Positions 1 through 11,355 of a stretch of DNA of 64,000 nucleotides are shown here, piece by piece. Within the stretch, counting starts at the first letter, position 1; each line of letters begins with the position of its first letter. The DNA comes from Camelus ferus (Eukaryota), in NCBI RefSeq assembly GCF_009834535.1, contig NC_045721.1:14446001-14510000 (forward strand), read 5' to 3'. The notes beneath the pieces were generated by a model, which worked only from the letters and a program-made list of their open reading frames with translations, was not told the DNA's origin and searched no databases. A program made the position numbers and the translations under genes.

Positions 1-374
1 TTCTTGCCTGCCTTCCTTCTTTTTTAGCTCTTTGGATGCTACATAACAAATCTGATTTATAAGGTTAAGATTCAAAACAGAAATGAAAAGGATATGCTCT
101 TCCAGACTGCTGCATTGATTTCTTGCTGGGGTAGCTTTGAGTAGAAAGTGGTTGAAATTTCACATTGATTTAGGATGACTTTTTGGATATGAGAATGTTA
201 AAACATTACACTGGGCTGTTTGGAAAGGAGAACTCTGTCAGAGGCCCGTAAATGATCCTCCATCCTGAAAGGCGGACTTGGACCACACCAGAGGAGGGAG
301 CCAAGATGACCTGTGCTCTCTGGTGGCTCCTACGGGGCTCCCTTAGAATTGGCAGGTGCATGTCATAGGAAGGT

Positions 375-389
375 CCACTAGATGGCAGC
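375..389 (+). promoter_or_regulatory. Candidate CTCF-binding site in the PDGFRL intron
   Basis: CCACTAGATGGCAGC matches the CTCF core consensus CCASYAGRKGGCRS at every position; motif only, no binding data. Confidence 0.5.
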
Positions 390-3300
390 CTTAAGCTGCG
401 CTACGATTGTCACCCTTTCACCAGTTAAAGAAACACTTCAAATGAGGATGGACTGGGTGAAATAATTGCACACTTTGTGCTTTCGCACAAATTCTTTCAT
501 CCTTTTAGGCAACTCGGTGGTCACAGTTTCAAGTTACATCTTCAACAATGAAGAATTCAGTTTCCTAACAAATAGGTAAAAAGAAGGGTGGGCGTGTGTG
601 AGCCTGTGCCCACATGAGGATAAATTCACTGAAGGCTCTGAGTCCTTCTGAGTTGGAGGAATGAGCTGAAGGTTCTGTATGTCCAGGTGCTGAGACCGAT
701 TCTGATTTTAATTCCTGACTCAGTCCATCCCAATCATGGGGATCGCCACTCTCTTTTGAGACCAGAAACAGCAAAGACTTTTTTTTTCTTGACAAGAGTT
801 GTTACCACCTTGCCGTTTCCTGACTCCTCTGCTCCCCCTCCTTCCTGTTCTGCTTTTTGTCCATCTTCTCGCCTCTGCCCTCCCTTCATCAGTTCTGTTC
901 CTCTCTTCCAACAACTTTTTTTTTTTTTTTGTATCCATGATATTCAAGCCCTGGGCTGGGCAGAAGCTGGAGATATGATGGTGAGTGAGACACAACCTCT
1001 GAACCCACAGAGCTCTCAGCCTTGTGGGAAGACAGGCTACTTAGCAAGCAGTGTTAATAGGCAGCGGTGTGAGTGCCTTGCCAGCAGAAGTACAGGTTCC
1101 GGGAGGAGAAGACTCACGCTAACAGGTGAAGGCTGAGAGTTAGCCAGGTAACACAGGGAGAGGAGTGTCGGAAACTTCCACAAGGAAGGACCGGCATGAG
1201 GAGCTGAGAGAGTGTAGCCCCTGGAGTACTGAGAGTTGGTTGGGGAGAGATATGGGTGGCTCCTGGCAGGGGAGGAGAAAGGAGGTGACCAAGGAGAGAG
1301 GATGCTGGAAGGTGAGCGGGAGTCAGATCAGGGATGATGGCCTTGTCCGCCATGCGGAGGAATTTTAGGATTTAGAAATCTAAGGGCAACTGTGCGTGGT
1401 TGACTTAACGCCTTTATAAATAGATACACTTGGGAGGTACAGAGGGATCCACTCCCCACCCCTCAGTGTGAGGGCTGGTCCTCTTCACTGCCTTTAGGAA
1501 AAGATACCACTTCCTGGCCTCAGGTGGACCACTCTCCCTCCACGCACCTTAGACCCATTTCCCGCAAACCAGGGTCGATAGATATTCTTGGACCTAAGAT
1601 TTCTTTGCAAAATATGTATTTAAAATTTTTTGTTTTTATTTTGTTGATAATATAAAAAGCATTAATATAAGAACGTTCTGGACCATGGGCTCAACCCCTG
1701 GTGAGTGATCAACACCATCCATTTCTGTCTTCCCTGGAAACACTCTGTTTCTTCAGACTCATCATAACACACTTCCAGAGTTTAGAGCAGAGGAATTCTT
1801 GGCACAACACTGAGCCAAGGGAGGACACAAGAAACAGCTTAGCACAAGTGGCCTCGATGATGGCTTAAATATAAATCAGCGCCGGGTAAGAACAGGGAGA
1901 CGCTGGAGACTGAAGCTAGATTGTTAGCAACGTCACCACTAAAAACACACTGGCTGAGACGGTCATAAAGAAAGCCTGGGCTGCTCCCTGGAAAATCAGG
2001 TCCAGGCATCGCCTTTCAGGATGTTTCTGTGGTGTCTGGTCGGATGTTAGCATTTTTCGGTGGAGAACTGTAAGTTCGGAGGAGTGGGTGGAGCCCAGGA
2101 GGTCTCTTTGATGGCTGGTTCCTCTGAAAACAATAAATAGCTTCTAGAGAGGAGGGGAGGGCATCTGGGTTTTCGTTTGGCCGAAGCTGGCAACAGCTTA
2201 CTCCCCCCCAGACAACACAAAGGAGGGTGGGCCAGGAAGCCGCCAGCGGGCGCCGGGCCAGGCTAACCCTGCCTCCCAGCATCATGGAGCAGTGGATGGG
2301 GGACGTTTGCAGAGAAGAAGAGAAAGAAGAGAAAGATGTTGAGAAGTGTTGCTAAACAGAAGCAGCTCACTGTTGGGGAAGAATCTGCATGGACTTCGGT
2401 CAATATTGTTGGTCATGCTCTGTTTTTCCTTCCATTTATTTTACTTTAGTTTGGTTCCCCCCACCCCCAATTTATTTTATTTTATGTTTACCAAACATAA
2501 TTTTATATTTGTTAAACACAGCATTTACCATTTTAACCATTTTTAAGTATACAGTTGGGTGGTGCTGAGTACAGTTCATACCGCGGGACAGGTGTCTTTT
2601 TAATTCAATCTCACTTTCCTTCAAAGCTCATTTTACTTCACTTTTCTGAGCAGAACAAATGACAATGATGAGGTTCTGTGGAAATCCTGGCTGCTTCCCT
2701 TTCGCTTTCGTACTTATCCGGAGGTGCCTTTTGGGTCCAATTTGCTCTGGGAAAATGAAAGTCTGCTTCAGCCAAACTCTGATATTTACCTTCAAATGGA
2801 TTTCTTCCCCAGAAAACAGTCGTTTTAAAAATAAACAGCGTATCCTTCCCTGAAGGTAGAGCTCTCTCTTCCCAGACTCAGTGGCACCAGGGCCAGGGCG
2901 CAGGCATCTCCCCAGAGATGGCTTGGTGGGCGGGGCAGGATACACGACTTCTCCGGGTACTGGATGTTCCGACAGACAGCGTGCAGGGTGCAGAAGTAAT
3001 CAGAACAGGAACCAGCCTCATAGCTATCAGGATAGAATGAGCTCACACAAGTCGAGCATTGGCACACACACACTAAGCCACCTCAACAGACATGAGCTAT
3101 TTTTGTTCACAAGACTGTACCCACAGAAGGTAAATTCCAAGAAAACAGCCAGGCTCTCAGGGGTTTTGTTTTTAAAAATTGTTTCAGACACGTATCTCAG
3201 TCTCCTACAAACTCTAAATGCCCATGGCGCTGTGGAGTGCTCGCCTCCACGCTCGTGGTCCTGCGATCTGAGCTCCGGCTGTCCCCAGGCTACTCGTCCT

Positions 3301-6190
3301 CAGGACGGGGCAGTGGCTTGTAGCACGTTATTCAGTTTGAAGGGGGGGGGGGTGTTTTCCCCTCTCATTTTGAAGGAATGTTTCGTTAACCAAAACGTTT
3401 AATTTCTTGAGCATTCTACTTGAGTCCAGGTTTGATTATCTCAAGTGTGTTGCACTGCATTAAAATATAGTAAGACGGTGATGATAAAGTCAGGTTAACG
3501 CATCAAAGACACCGCAGATAATTTTTTATGATAAATTTGAACTGTTGCAAAATGGAACATTGTGTACAGTATAACAGGAAGTGGTTGCGTGTATTTTATG
3601 AGTGAAACCCTGCTTTAAAAAATGTGTACATATGTAGGTGAGGTCTGGGATTTAATTCACAAAAATGAAAACGGGCTGTTAACTGTAGCATGATAATTTG
3701 GCTGCAACTCTTTAAATATGCAAAATGTCAATAAAACCATTTTGGAAGGTATGTCAGAGGAGGAAGCAAGAAAAGAGGAATAGAGGAGAAGATATAAAAT
3801 AGGAAATTTCGTGTCCCCCGGTATATAGCCCTATGGAATGGCACGTTGTAGGAAAACAAAACAAAACAAAACAGCAAAACTGAGATGTCAGAGCTTTGCC
3901 TCCAGTTTCTGGGCTTGGCTCCCTCAACAGCAACAGCCACCCACACGGCCGGTTCTAGAGGGGACAGTGCAAAGTCACTGCCCTTGGGAATCTGCCAGAG
4001 CTTTGCGTGTCGCCTCCCAGCCTACATTCCCAGCCTGCTCGCTCTGCCCCGGGGCCTCAGGATCCTGAGATCTCATCATGTTTGGTGCTTGTTTAGCCAG
4101 AGCCCCTGCTCAGATTGCTTTTCGGACTGGACCCGGGCTTGCCCTGGACCCTGCCTTTCAGAGCAGGTCCTGCTGCCTGAAGCCCGATGCACAACCCCAC
4201 CCGCCTCTCAGCACGCAGGTCCCCTCTGGTGTCCCACTCGCCATGGAGGGGAGATCACACAGTGAAAGCTGGCCCTTTCCTGTAACAACCTTCTCCCCTT
4301 TATGAACTTGACTTAGTCGCTGGGACAAGGCCGGGCTAGGGGACCCTGTGCACCAACCAAAGTTGACACAAGAGAACAGGCTCTCATACCTTGAGTTTAC
4401 ACAAGTGGCTCATGGGATGGCTTGTGATGTGGCATCAGCTGGTGGGCATCTGGGGGAAGAGGCAGAGGACAGGAGCTTTCCATATCCATGCAGATGGGGC
4501 GACGGCAGGACGTGTCCCAACTTGAGATGAACAGGCGGAATAACTGTTAGCTTACTTTACACATAAAGTCGGCCCACTAAGTCAGAAAGGTATATGTGAA
4601 AAAGAACAGAAGTGGTCCCGACCACAAGTGCCTTACGAGCTGGAGGAATAAATGGCACACACACCAGCCACAGTCACAGAGCAATAACGGATGGCTTGCG
4701 GTCAAGTGCGAGTGTGCGGAGCGGTGGGGGGAGAGAGGGGGAGGACAGCATGGGCTGGAAAGGCAGCCTGATTCACTGAGTGATGGGTTACTGACTGTAG
4801 GAGACCAGACCTGGAGGAGAAGGTGAGAGATGTGGAGAGAAGAGCCAAGCAGAGGAGCGTAAAACCTCCCCGAGGACTGTGACGTGCAGTCAGCTCGGGG
4901 GACCCCCGATCTGGCCTGGACCTTATGTTTTACAAGCAATTAGGTTAGACCCCCAGTGAGGGGCTTTCTCAAGTTGGCACAGCTTTTAGTGAAAGTAAAT
5001 TAGACTTGAACTTAGTTCCCAGCACCCCTCTGTTCTCTCCACCGAGAAAGCTGTCTATTTCTTAGGTATCTGATGTTTGCTCAGAAGATACACCATGCAA
5101 GGGGGCGTCGGTATGGGTGGGCGCCTTGAATATGTGGACAAGGTGGGAGGTTTGGCGCATCGCTCTCTGCTGTGAATTCGTTGTGCTAGGTACGAATGGG
5201 GCCGGCCTGCGGCCTGTGCATTCACTATTATAGCTGGGCCACAATACACTCACTGTGGCCGAATGCCAGCCCGTTAGTGCCCACAGCTTGTTTTCCTGAC
5301 GAGGGTGGTGGCGGCTGGCTCCATTGTCTTCGGTCACTCCTCCTCCGGGGCCTGTTCTTCCCTGGAGATGTGGCCGTGAGCACTCAGCTAAGCAGAGCTG
5401 GGGAAAGTTTTTCTCATGTGACCACCCCACCTCCCCAGAGAATGGCTGATGGCCTTACTCTATACAGCGACATTAGAATTGCCAGAAATGTAATAATATG
5501 AGTCGTTAACATAAATAACTCCTATACATCAGAATCCTATGGCGGCCAAGTTTAAAAGATGACCTCGTCAAAATTAAATGACAGCAGTGGCAGTGATTCA
5601 GTTGTTATTTCTGTGAGTGTGTCTACGTGGCAAGCGCACGCCTGCTAAGTTACCTCTTGCCATCACTCGCAGACTTCCTCCGGGTCACTGATTTGTGCAG
5701 GATTTGGTTATGTGTTTGAAACAGTGGACACATGCTTCCTTCTAATGCACCGTGGGAAGCCTGTCAGACTCCTTTCTAGCCCCCGCGGGGATTCCCTTCC
5801 CAGCTCTGACTCTAACTGGCCGTGTGACCTTGGGTGAGTCACCTGATCTCTGTGAAATGCAGGATCCAACCAGCTGATCTGTAAGGTCCCTTCTGGGTTC
5901 AAAATGATCCTTGTCACTTGTGCTTAATTTGTATTAGATGACGTGGGGGCCAAGGAGCAATACCCCCTTGGACAAGTTATTCAACTCAGTTTCATTGGTT
6001 GAATTCTATTCTGTTCTGCACACAGTCACCTAGAACTGCAGTCTGCATCACATTATGCCATGTGGCAGGCGGTGGGGTGGGGGGATACAGGCAAGCATGA
6101 GACACATTTCTGACACCAGCTTAGAGAGGGATCATTTCACTAGAGAAATATAAGAGGGAGTTGAAAGGTTGCACACTACAAAGCAGTGTA

Positions 6191-6212
6191 CACACACACA
6201 CACACACACACA
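6191..6212. repeat. (CA)11 microsatellite
   Basis: Read directly from sequence. Confidence 0.95.
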
Positions 6213-6349
6213 GTGATAAGGGCATTAAGTGCAGGGTGTGAGAAGGAGCTTAGACCAGTGTGTACTAGGGCAGCCCCAACAGCACCTTCACAGATGAGCA
6301 CTGATCTATGCCAGCATCCGTCTAGGACCTTGTCCATTTATTAACGAAC

Positions 6350-6525
6350 TTAATTCTCATAACCACCCTAGAAGGTAGGGACGATTATTATCTCCCTGTC
6401 TCAGATGAGGAAACTGAACACAATAAAATTAAGTAACTTGCTCAAGGTCATAGAGCCAGTAAGTGGTGGAGGCAGTATTTGAACCAAGGAAATCTAACTT
6501 CTGAGTGCATGGTCTTAACCATCAT
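6350..6525 (-). mobile_element. MIR SINE fragment
   Basis: MIR core-like text: cagatgaggaaactga...aagtaacttgctcaaggtcatagagccagtaagtggtggaggcagtatttgaacc. Boundaries approximate. Confidence 0.8.
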
Positions 6526-7475
6526 TTTACAAGTACCACCAAACATCAAAGATCTTCCTATGAATAGAACTCAGAAGAATAACCAGGTTTAGGTCTGATG
6601 GAAAAAGAAGAGAACCTTTCAGAGGCAGAGATGGCTGGAGGGCTAGGGTTGAGATGAGCTGGTATGTCTGGAGTCGGTGAGGAGCTGAATTGGATGGAGA
6701 GGAGGGTCCACGATGGAGGTATTGGGAGAGCGTGGGAGTCTGGAATGCCAAAGATGGCGTCATTCAATTCTGTGCACACTGGTCACTGCTCATGTAAAGC
6801 TGGAGGCAATAATATGATGGTTTTTAGGAAAGTACTTTTTTTTTAATTGAATGAAAGATTCCTTCAATTTTTTGGTGCTTTACAATTTTCAAAAGTTTCA
6901 CACACACCATTTCATATAATCCCATAATAACCCTTTTTTTTAATCCCTTACTCCCCTATATTGTCTCCCCTCCCCTCTCCCTGCTGGTAACCACTTGTTT
7001 GTTCTCTGTATCTGTGAATCTGTTTTTTTGTTTTATTCACTAGTTTGATGTACTTTTTAGATTCCTCATAGAGGTAATAACATACAATATTTGTCTTTCT
7101 CTGTCTAACTTATTTCACTTAGCATAATACCCTCCAAATCCATCCATGTTGCTGCCAAAGGCAAAATTTAATTCTTTTTTATGGCTGAATGGTATTCCAT
7201 TGTCTATGTCTACCATATCTTCTTTATCGACTCATATGTTGATGGACATTTAGGTTGCTTCCATACCTTGGCAATGTAAATAATGCTACTATGAACATTG
7301 GGGTGCATATATCTTTTTGAATTAGCATTTTTTAAAGATACACACCCAGGAGTGGAATTTCTGGGTCATATGGTAGTTCTATTTTTAGTTTTTTGGGAAA
7401 ACTCCATACTGTTTTCTACAGTGGATGCACCAGTTTACATTCCCTTTTTCTCACATCCTCACCATTATTTACTTG

Positions 7476-7650
7476 NNNNNNNNNNNNNNNNNNNNNNNNN
7501 NNNNNNNNNNNNNNNNNNNNNNNNNNNNNNNNNNNNNNNNNNNNNNNNNNNNNNNNNNNNNNNNNNNNNNNNNNNNNNNNNNNNNNNNNNNNNNNNNNNN
7601 NNNNNNNNNNNNNNNNNNNNNNNNNNNNNNNNNNNNNNNNNNNNNNNNNN
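7476..7650. other. Assembly gap (175 N)
   Basis: Run of N; L1 sequence on both sides, and the gap size is compatible with the missing L1 segment. Confidence 0.99.
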
Positions 7651-8328
7651 TTAATCAGGTTTTTTAAAAATGTTGTATGAGCTGGTTATGTATGTTGCAT
7701 ATTGACCCCTTCTGGGTCATATCATTTATGCAAATATCTTCTCCCATTCGGTAGGTTGTCTTTGCATTTTGTTGATAGTTTCCTTTGCTGTGCAAAAGCT
7801 TTTATGTTTAATTAGGTCCTTTTTGGTTTTTGTTTTGCTTTTATTTCTTTTGCTTTAGGAGACAGATCCAGAAAAATACTGTTGTGAATTATGTCAAGGA
7901 GTGTTTAGCCTATGTTTTCCTCTAGGAGTTTTGTATCATCTGGTCTTACATTTAGGTCTTTAATCCATTTTGAGTTTATTTTTGAATGTGGTGTTAGAGA
8001 ATGTTCTAATGTCAGTCTTTTACAGGCAGCTGTCCAGTTTCCCCAGCACCATTTATTGAAGAGACTGTCTTTTCTCCATTGTATCTTCTTTGTCATAGAT
8101 TAATTGACCATAAGAGTGTGGGTTTATTTCTGGGTTCTCTATTCTGTTCCATCGAGTCATGTGTCTGGTTTTGTGCCAATACTGTGCTATTTTGATTACT
8201 GTGGCTTTGTAGTATAGTCTGAAGCCAGGGAGCATAATTCCTTCAGCTCTGTTCTTCTTTTTCAGGATTGTTTTGGCTATTCAGGTTCTTTTGTGTTTCT
8301 GTACAAATTTTAAAATTATTTGTTCTAG

Positions 8329-8462
8329 TAGGGAGAATATAGCTCAAGTAGTAGAGCACATGCTTAGTGTGCATGAGGTTCTGGGTTCAATCCCCAGTAC
8401 CTTCCCTAAGAATAAACAAACCTAATTACCTCCCCCCACCAAAAAAAATAAAATAGCAAAAG
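8329..8462 (+). mobile_element. tRNA-derived camelid SINE (Vic-1-like) nested in L1
   Basis: A box TAGCTCAAGTAG, B box GGTTCAATCCC, A-rich tail; 18-bp TSD taaaatta(t/c)ttgttctag at 8311-8328 and 8463-8480; the L1 text resumes across it. Confidence 0.9.
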
Positions 8463-8991
8463 TAAAATTACTTGTTCTAGCTCTGTTGAAAATGCTGTTG
8501 GTATTTTAATACAGATCGCATTGAATCTGTAGATTACTTCATAGTATAATCATTTAAACTATATTAACACTTCCAATCCAACAGCATACCTTATATCTGT
8601 TGGTATCATCTTCAGTTTCTTTCATCAGTGTCTTATAGGTTTCTGAATACAGGTATTTCGATGTTTTTGTAGAGCATTTGAAGGGAATGGAGGAGACTTT
8701 TTTCTAGAAGGATCAGCTTATAGGCTGATAGAACGTGAGGAATGAAAAAGAGACGTCGTGTCGATGTTGAGATCAAGATCTAGATAAAACTGGAAGATCC
8801 CTCACTGCAGTGTTGACAGGGTATCTTAGAATTTCCAGTGACCTTTTTGTTTTTAAACTGATCTATAGAGTTTCTAACTTTCTAAATTAAATGAGCAAAT
8901 ATTATTTTTGTCATAAGAAAAACTATGAGAAAAGCAAAATGAGTTAAATCACTTACAAAACTGCAGAATGGATGCCCTGTAAATGTATAAT

Positions 8992-9445
8992 CAGGGATGG
9001 CTCACTTGTACTTGAAAAATCTGGAGGTGACTTTTATATTGTGTTGCCTTTTTAGCACGTGGATTTACAAACAGCAGGACCAGCAGAAATTCGAGGTTCA
9101 GCATAGTGGCAGGTGGAGCTGTGGCTCCATGATGAGGAATAGGGAGGTCCAGCACTGGGGACCAGGTGAGAGGGAGCTGAATGAAACCCAGGGCTAAGCT
9201 CAGGGGGTGGCGCAGCCCGGGCAGGGAAGGGCAGGTTTGAGAACAAGGTCACTGCATTCAGTTTTTTATGTTATTTTTTACACTCCAAATGGCAGTATTT
9301 TTATTAATCAGAGCAAAATAATATACTAAATTTTTAGACCTCCAGAATTGCTGCTGGTCCTGCCTTTTCAAAATCCACATTCTAAAAAGACAGCACAATA
9401 AAAAACTCACCTCCAGATTTTTAAAGTACAAATGAGGCATTCATG
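8992..9445. repeat. Fold-back element with about 100-bp inverted arms (MITE-like or local inverted duplication)
   Basis: 8997-9092 versus the reverse complement of 9345-9440: 82/96 identical with no gaps (hand alignment); spacer about 240 bp. Confidence 0.9.
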
Positions 9446-9648
9446 GTACACATCTGTCCTGCAGTTTTGTAAGTGGTTTAACTCATTTTGCTTTTCTGAT
9501 GGTTCTTGTTTACTTTATGAAATAACACATGCTCGTGTAATTTTAAAAGTTAGAATCTTTACAGGTCAAGTACAAAGAAGGAAGAGGTCACAGAAAATTC
9601 CCGAGGTATGCTGTCAGCACTGTAGAATAGTTTTCCAGTTTTACTTTT

Positions 9649-9762
9649 TTTTCCTTAAGGTAATTAGATTTAAAAAAAATTTTTTAATGGAAGTACTATA
9701 GATTGAACCCAGGACCTCATTCAAGCTCAGCACATAGTGTACCACTGAGCTATACCCTTCCC
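9649..9762 (-). mobile_element. tRNA-derived camelid SINE (Vic-1-like)
   Basis: Reverse complement reads gggaagggtatagctcagtggtac...gaggtcctgggttcaatc; TSD ccagttttactttt at 9635-9648 and 9763-9776. Confidence 0.88.
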
Positions 9763-10549
9763 CCAGTTTTACTTTTATATATTAAAAAATTGAATCAAAA
9801 TGTACAAGCTCTTTATTGATTAATTTTTCCCTAATATATCATGAATATTTTTCAATATTATGGCTGTAATACCACAATATGCTTAATTAAGTCTCTATTG
9901 TTGAAATCTTAGATTATTTCCCATTTTTTACCGTCACAGTCATGGCTGCAGTAAACATCTAGGTAGCAATGATTTATACCTATAAATGGAATTGTTGGGT
10001 GACAGGCTCTGCACATCTTAAGGCCGTTATCCTAGGTGGCCTGACGGGGTGTTCTGTTTCGTTAATCTCTGCTGCATCAGGCCTGGTTTGGGCTTGTGGT
10101 GTCAAAGAGACATCCGTGCCTCATTTTCCCAGGATCTGAGAAATCTCTGAAGGAGGAAGATCCTTTGTAAGGAAGCCAGATGGGTTGGCCAGAGAGGCAA
10201 AAAGAAGGGATGCTGTTAGCAGGCTGGAAGAGGTGGAGTGAGAAGAGGAAGGGAACATTCTAGTACAGTGGTCAGAGTGCGGTCAGGGTCCAGAAAAGGA
10301 CCTGGAGGGAGAGAGGCTGGCGGGGCTGAAGGGACATCATGTATGTGAGCTCCTGTGGAAGAGCTGAAAAATGCCTACAGTGAGGTCTTTTTAAACAACA
10401 CAGAAGAATCTGGCATAAGTCATTGTCGTAGAAAAGACCCAGGTCACATTTCACATTCACTCACATAAACTGTTGTTGGGATAGAAATTCTGCAGTTATA
10501 TTGCAAGGGTTTTGAGTAGGTCCTTGGATAGTATTCAAACATGGAAACA

Positions 10550-10620
10550 GATGATGGATGGATGGATGGGTAGGTAGGTAGGTAGGTAGGTAGATTGGTA
10601 GTTAGATACATAGGTAGATA
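10550..10620. repeat. Compound tetranucleotide repeat (GATG)n(GGTA)n
   Basis: Read directly from sequence. Confidence 0.9.
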
Positions 10621-11194
10621 AAGGAATTTCAGCTTAATTTCTGACACTGGAACTACATTCACTTTGAAGTTCCTCCATCTGCACATTTGTCTCTCCACTC
10701 ATTCCTCATACATATTTCTTTTCATCTTCTTTTAAAATCATAAACTATGGACCTTTGATGTGTTTGAGCCAGGACTTGTACTCTGTCGATGTGGCCCCAT
10801 TCCCGGCATCTGATGAGGCAGTTCTTTTCTGACACATTGTTAAAAGGGGCTTTAGAATAAACACAGGCACTGTACACACACTTGAAACATGACAAGCAAA
10901 TATGAAATCTTTATCTCCCTGATGCTTGGCACCATTCCTTGTATGTGGTAGAAGCTAGAGAATTAACCTGTGCATGTGACACGAATGTTGAGTAAGGAGG
11001 GTGTGGGACCATCTTTCCCCCTCTCTCCTTACCTTTCTGTTGTACGCAATGGAATCATCAGAGTCTGGAATCACATACTTGGGTAGCCTTGGGAAAGTTA
11101 TTTAAATCGGCCTTTACTTCTCCTGTGGCTTCAATATTTACTTGGAAGGCAGCTGTACTCACCACTATATCACCAACACCTCGTTACAACACTT

Positions 11195-11355
11195 CCTTGG
11201 GAAAGTTACCTAACCTCAGTTGGCTCATCTGAGACATGGGCATATAATGGCTCCCGCCTCTCAAGAGCTGTTACGAGGATCAAATCAGTCCAGACATGCA
11301 AAGGGCTTACAATCCCTTACCACATATTAAGCACTACTTAGATTTTAATTACTGG
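11195..11355 (+). mobile_element. MIR SINE fragment
   Basis: ccttgggaaagttacctaacctcagttggctcatctgagacatggggcatataatg...aagcactac resembles MIR; boundaries approximate. Confidence 0.7.

Larger units (their letters stand above)
6934..8660 (-). mobile_element. 5'-truncated LINE-1 (3'UTR plus ORF2 C-terminal part), frameshifted, interrupted by a SINE and an assembly gap
   Basis: Minus-strand fragments [15 protein letters not shown]...[14 protein letters not shown] and YYKATVIK...[28 protein letters not shown] are typical L1 ORF2p; artiodactyl-type L1 3'UTR at 6940-7470. Ends approximate. Confidence 0.92.

Noticed and set aside
2600-3740. Possible processed pseudogene ending in AATAAA near 3729
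   Set aside because: No recognisable coding frame, no poly(A) tail and no TSD.
7298-7680. ORFs spanning long X runs
   Set aside because: Artefacts of translating the N gap within L1.
8331-8400. tRNA-like heads with A and B boxes (also near 9690, 45100, 47465, 47962)
   Set aside because: Not tRNA genes: degenerate stems, shared non-tRNA tail, A-rich ends and TSDs show they are SINEs.
11087-11208. 14-bp direct repeat ccttgggaaagtta, 108 bp apart
   Set aside because: Both copies are MIR core sequence; adjacent MIR fragments explain it and no poly(A)-tailed insert lies between.
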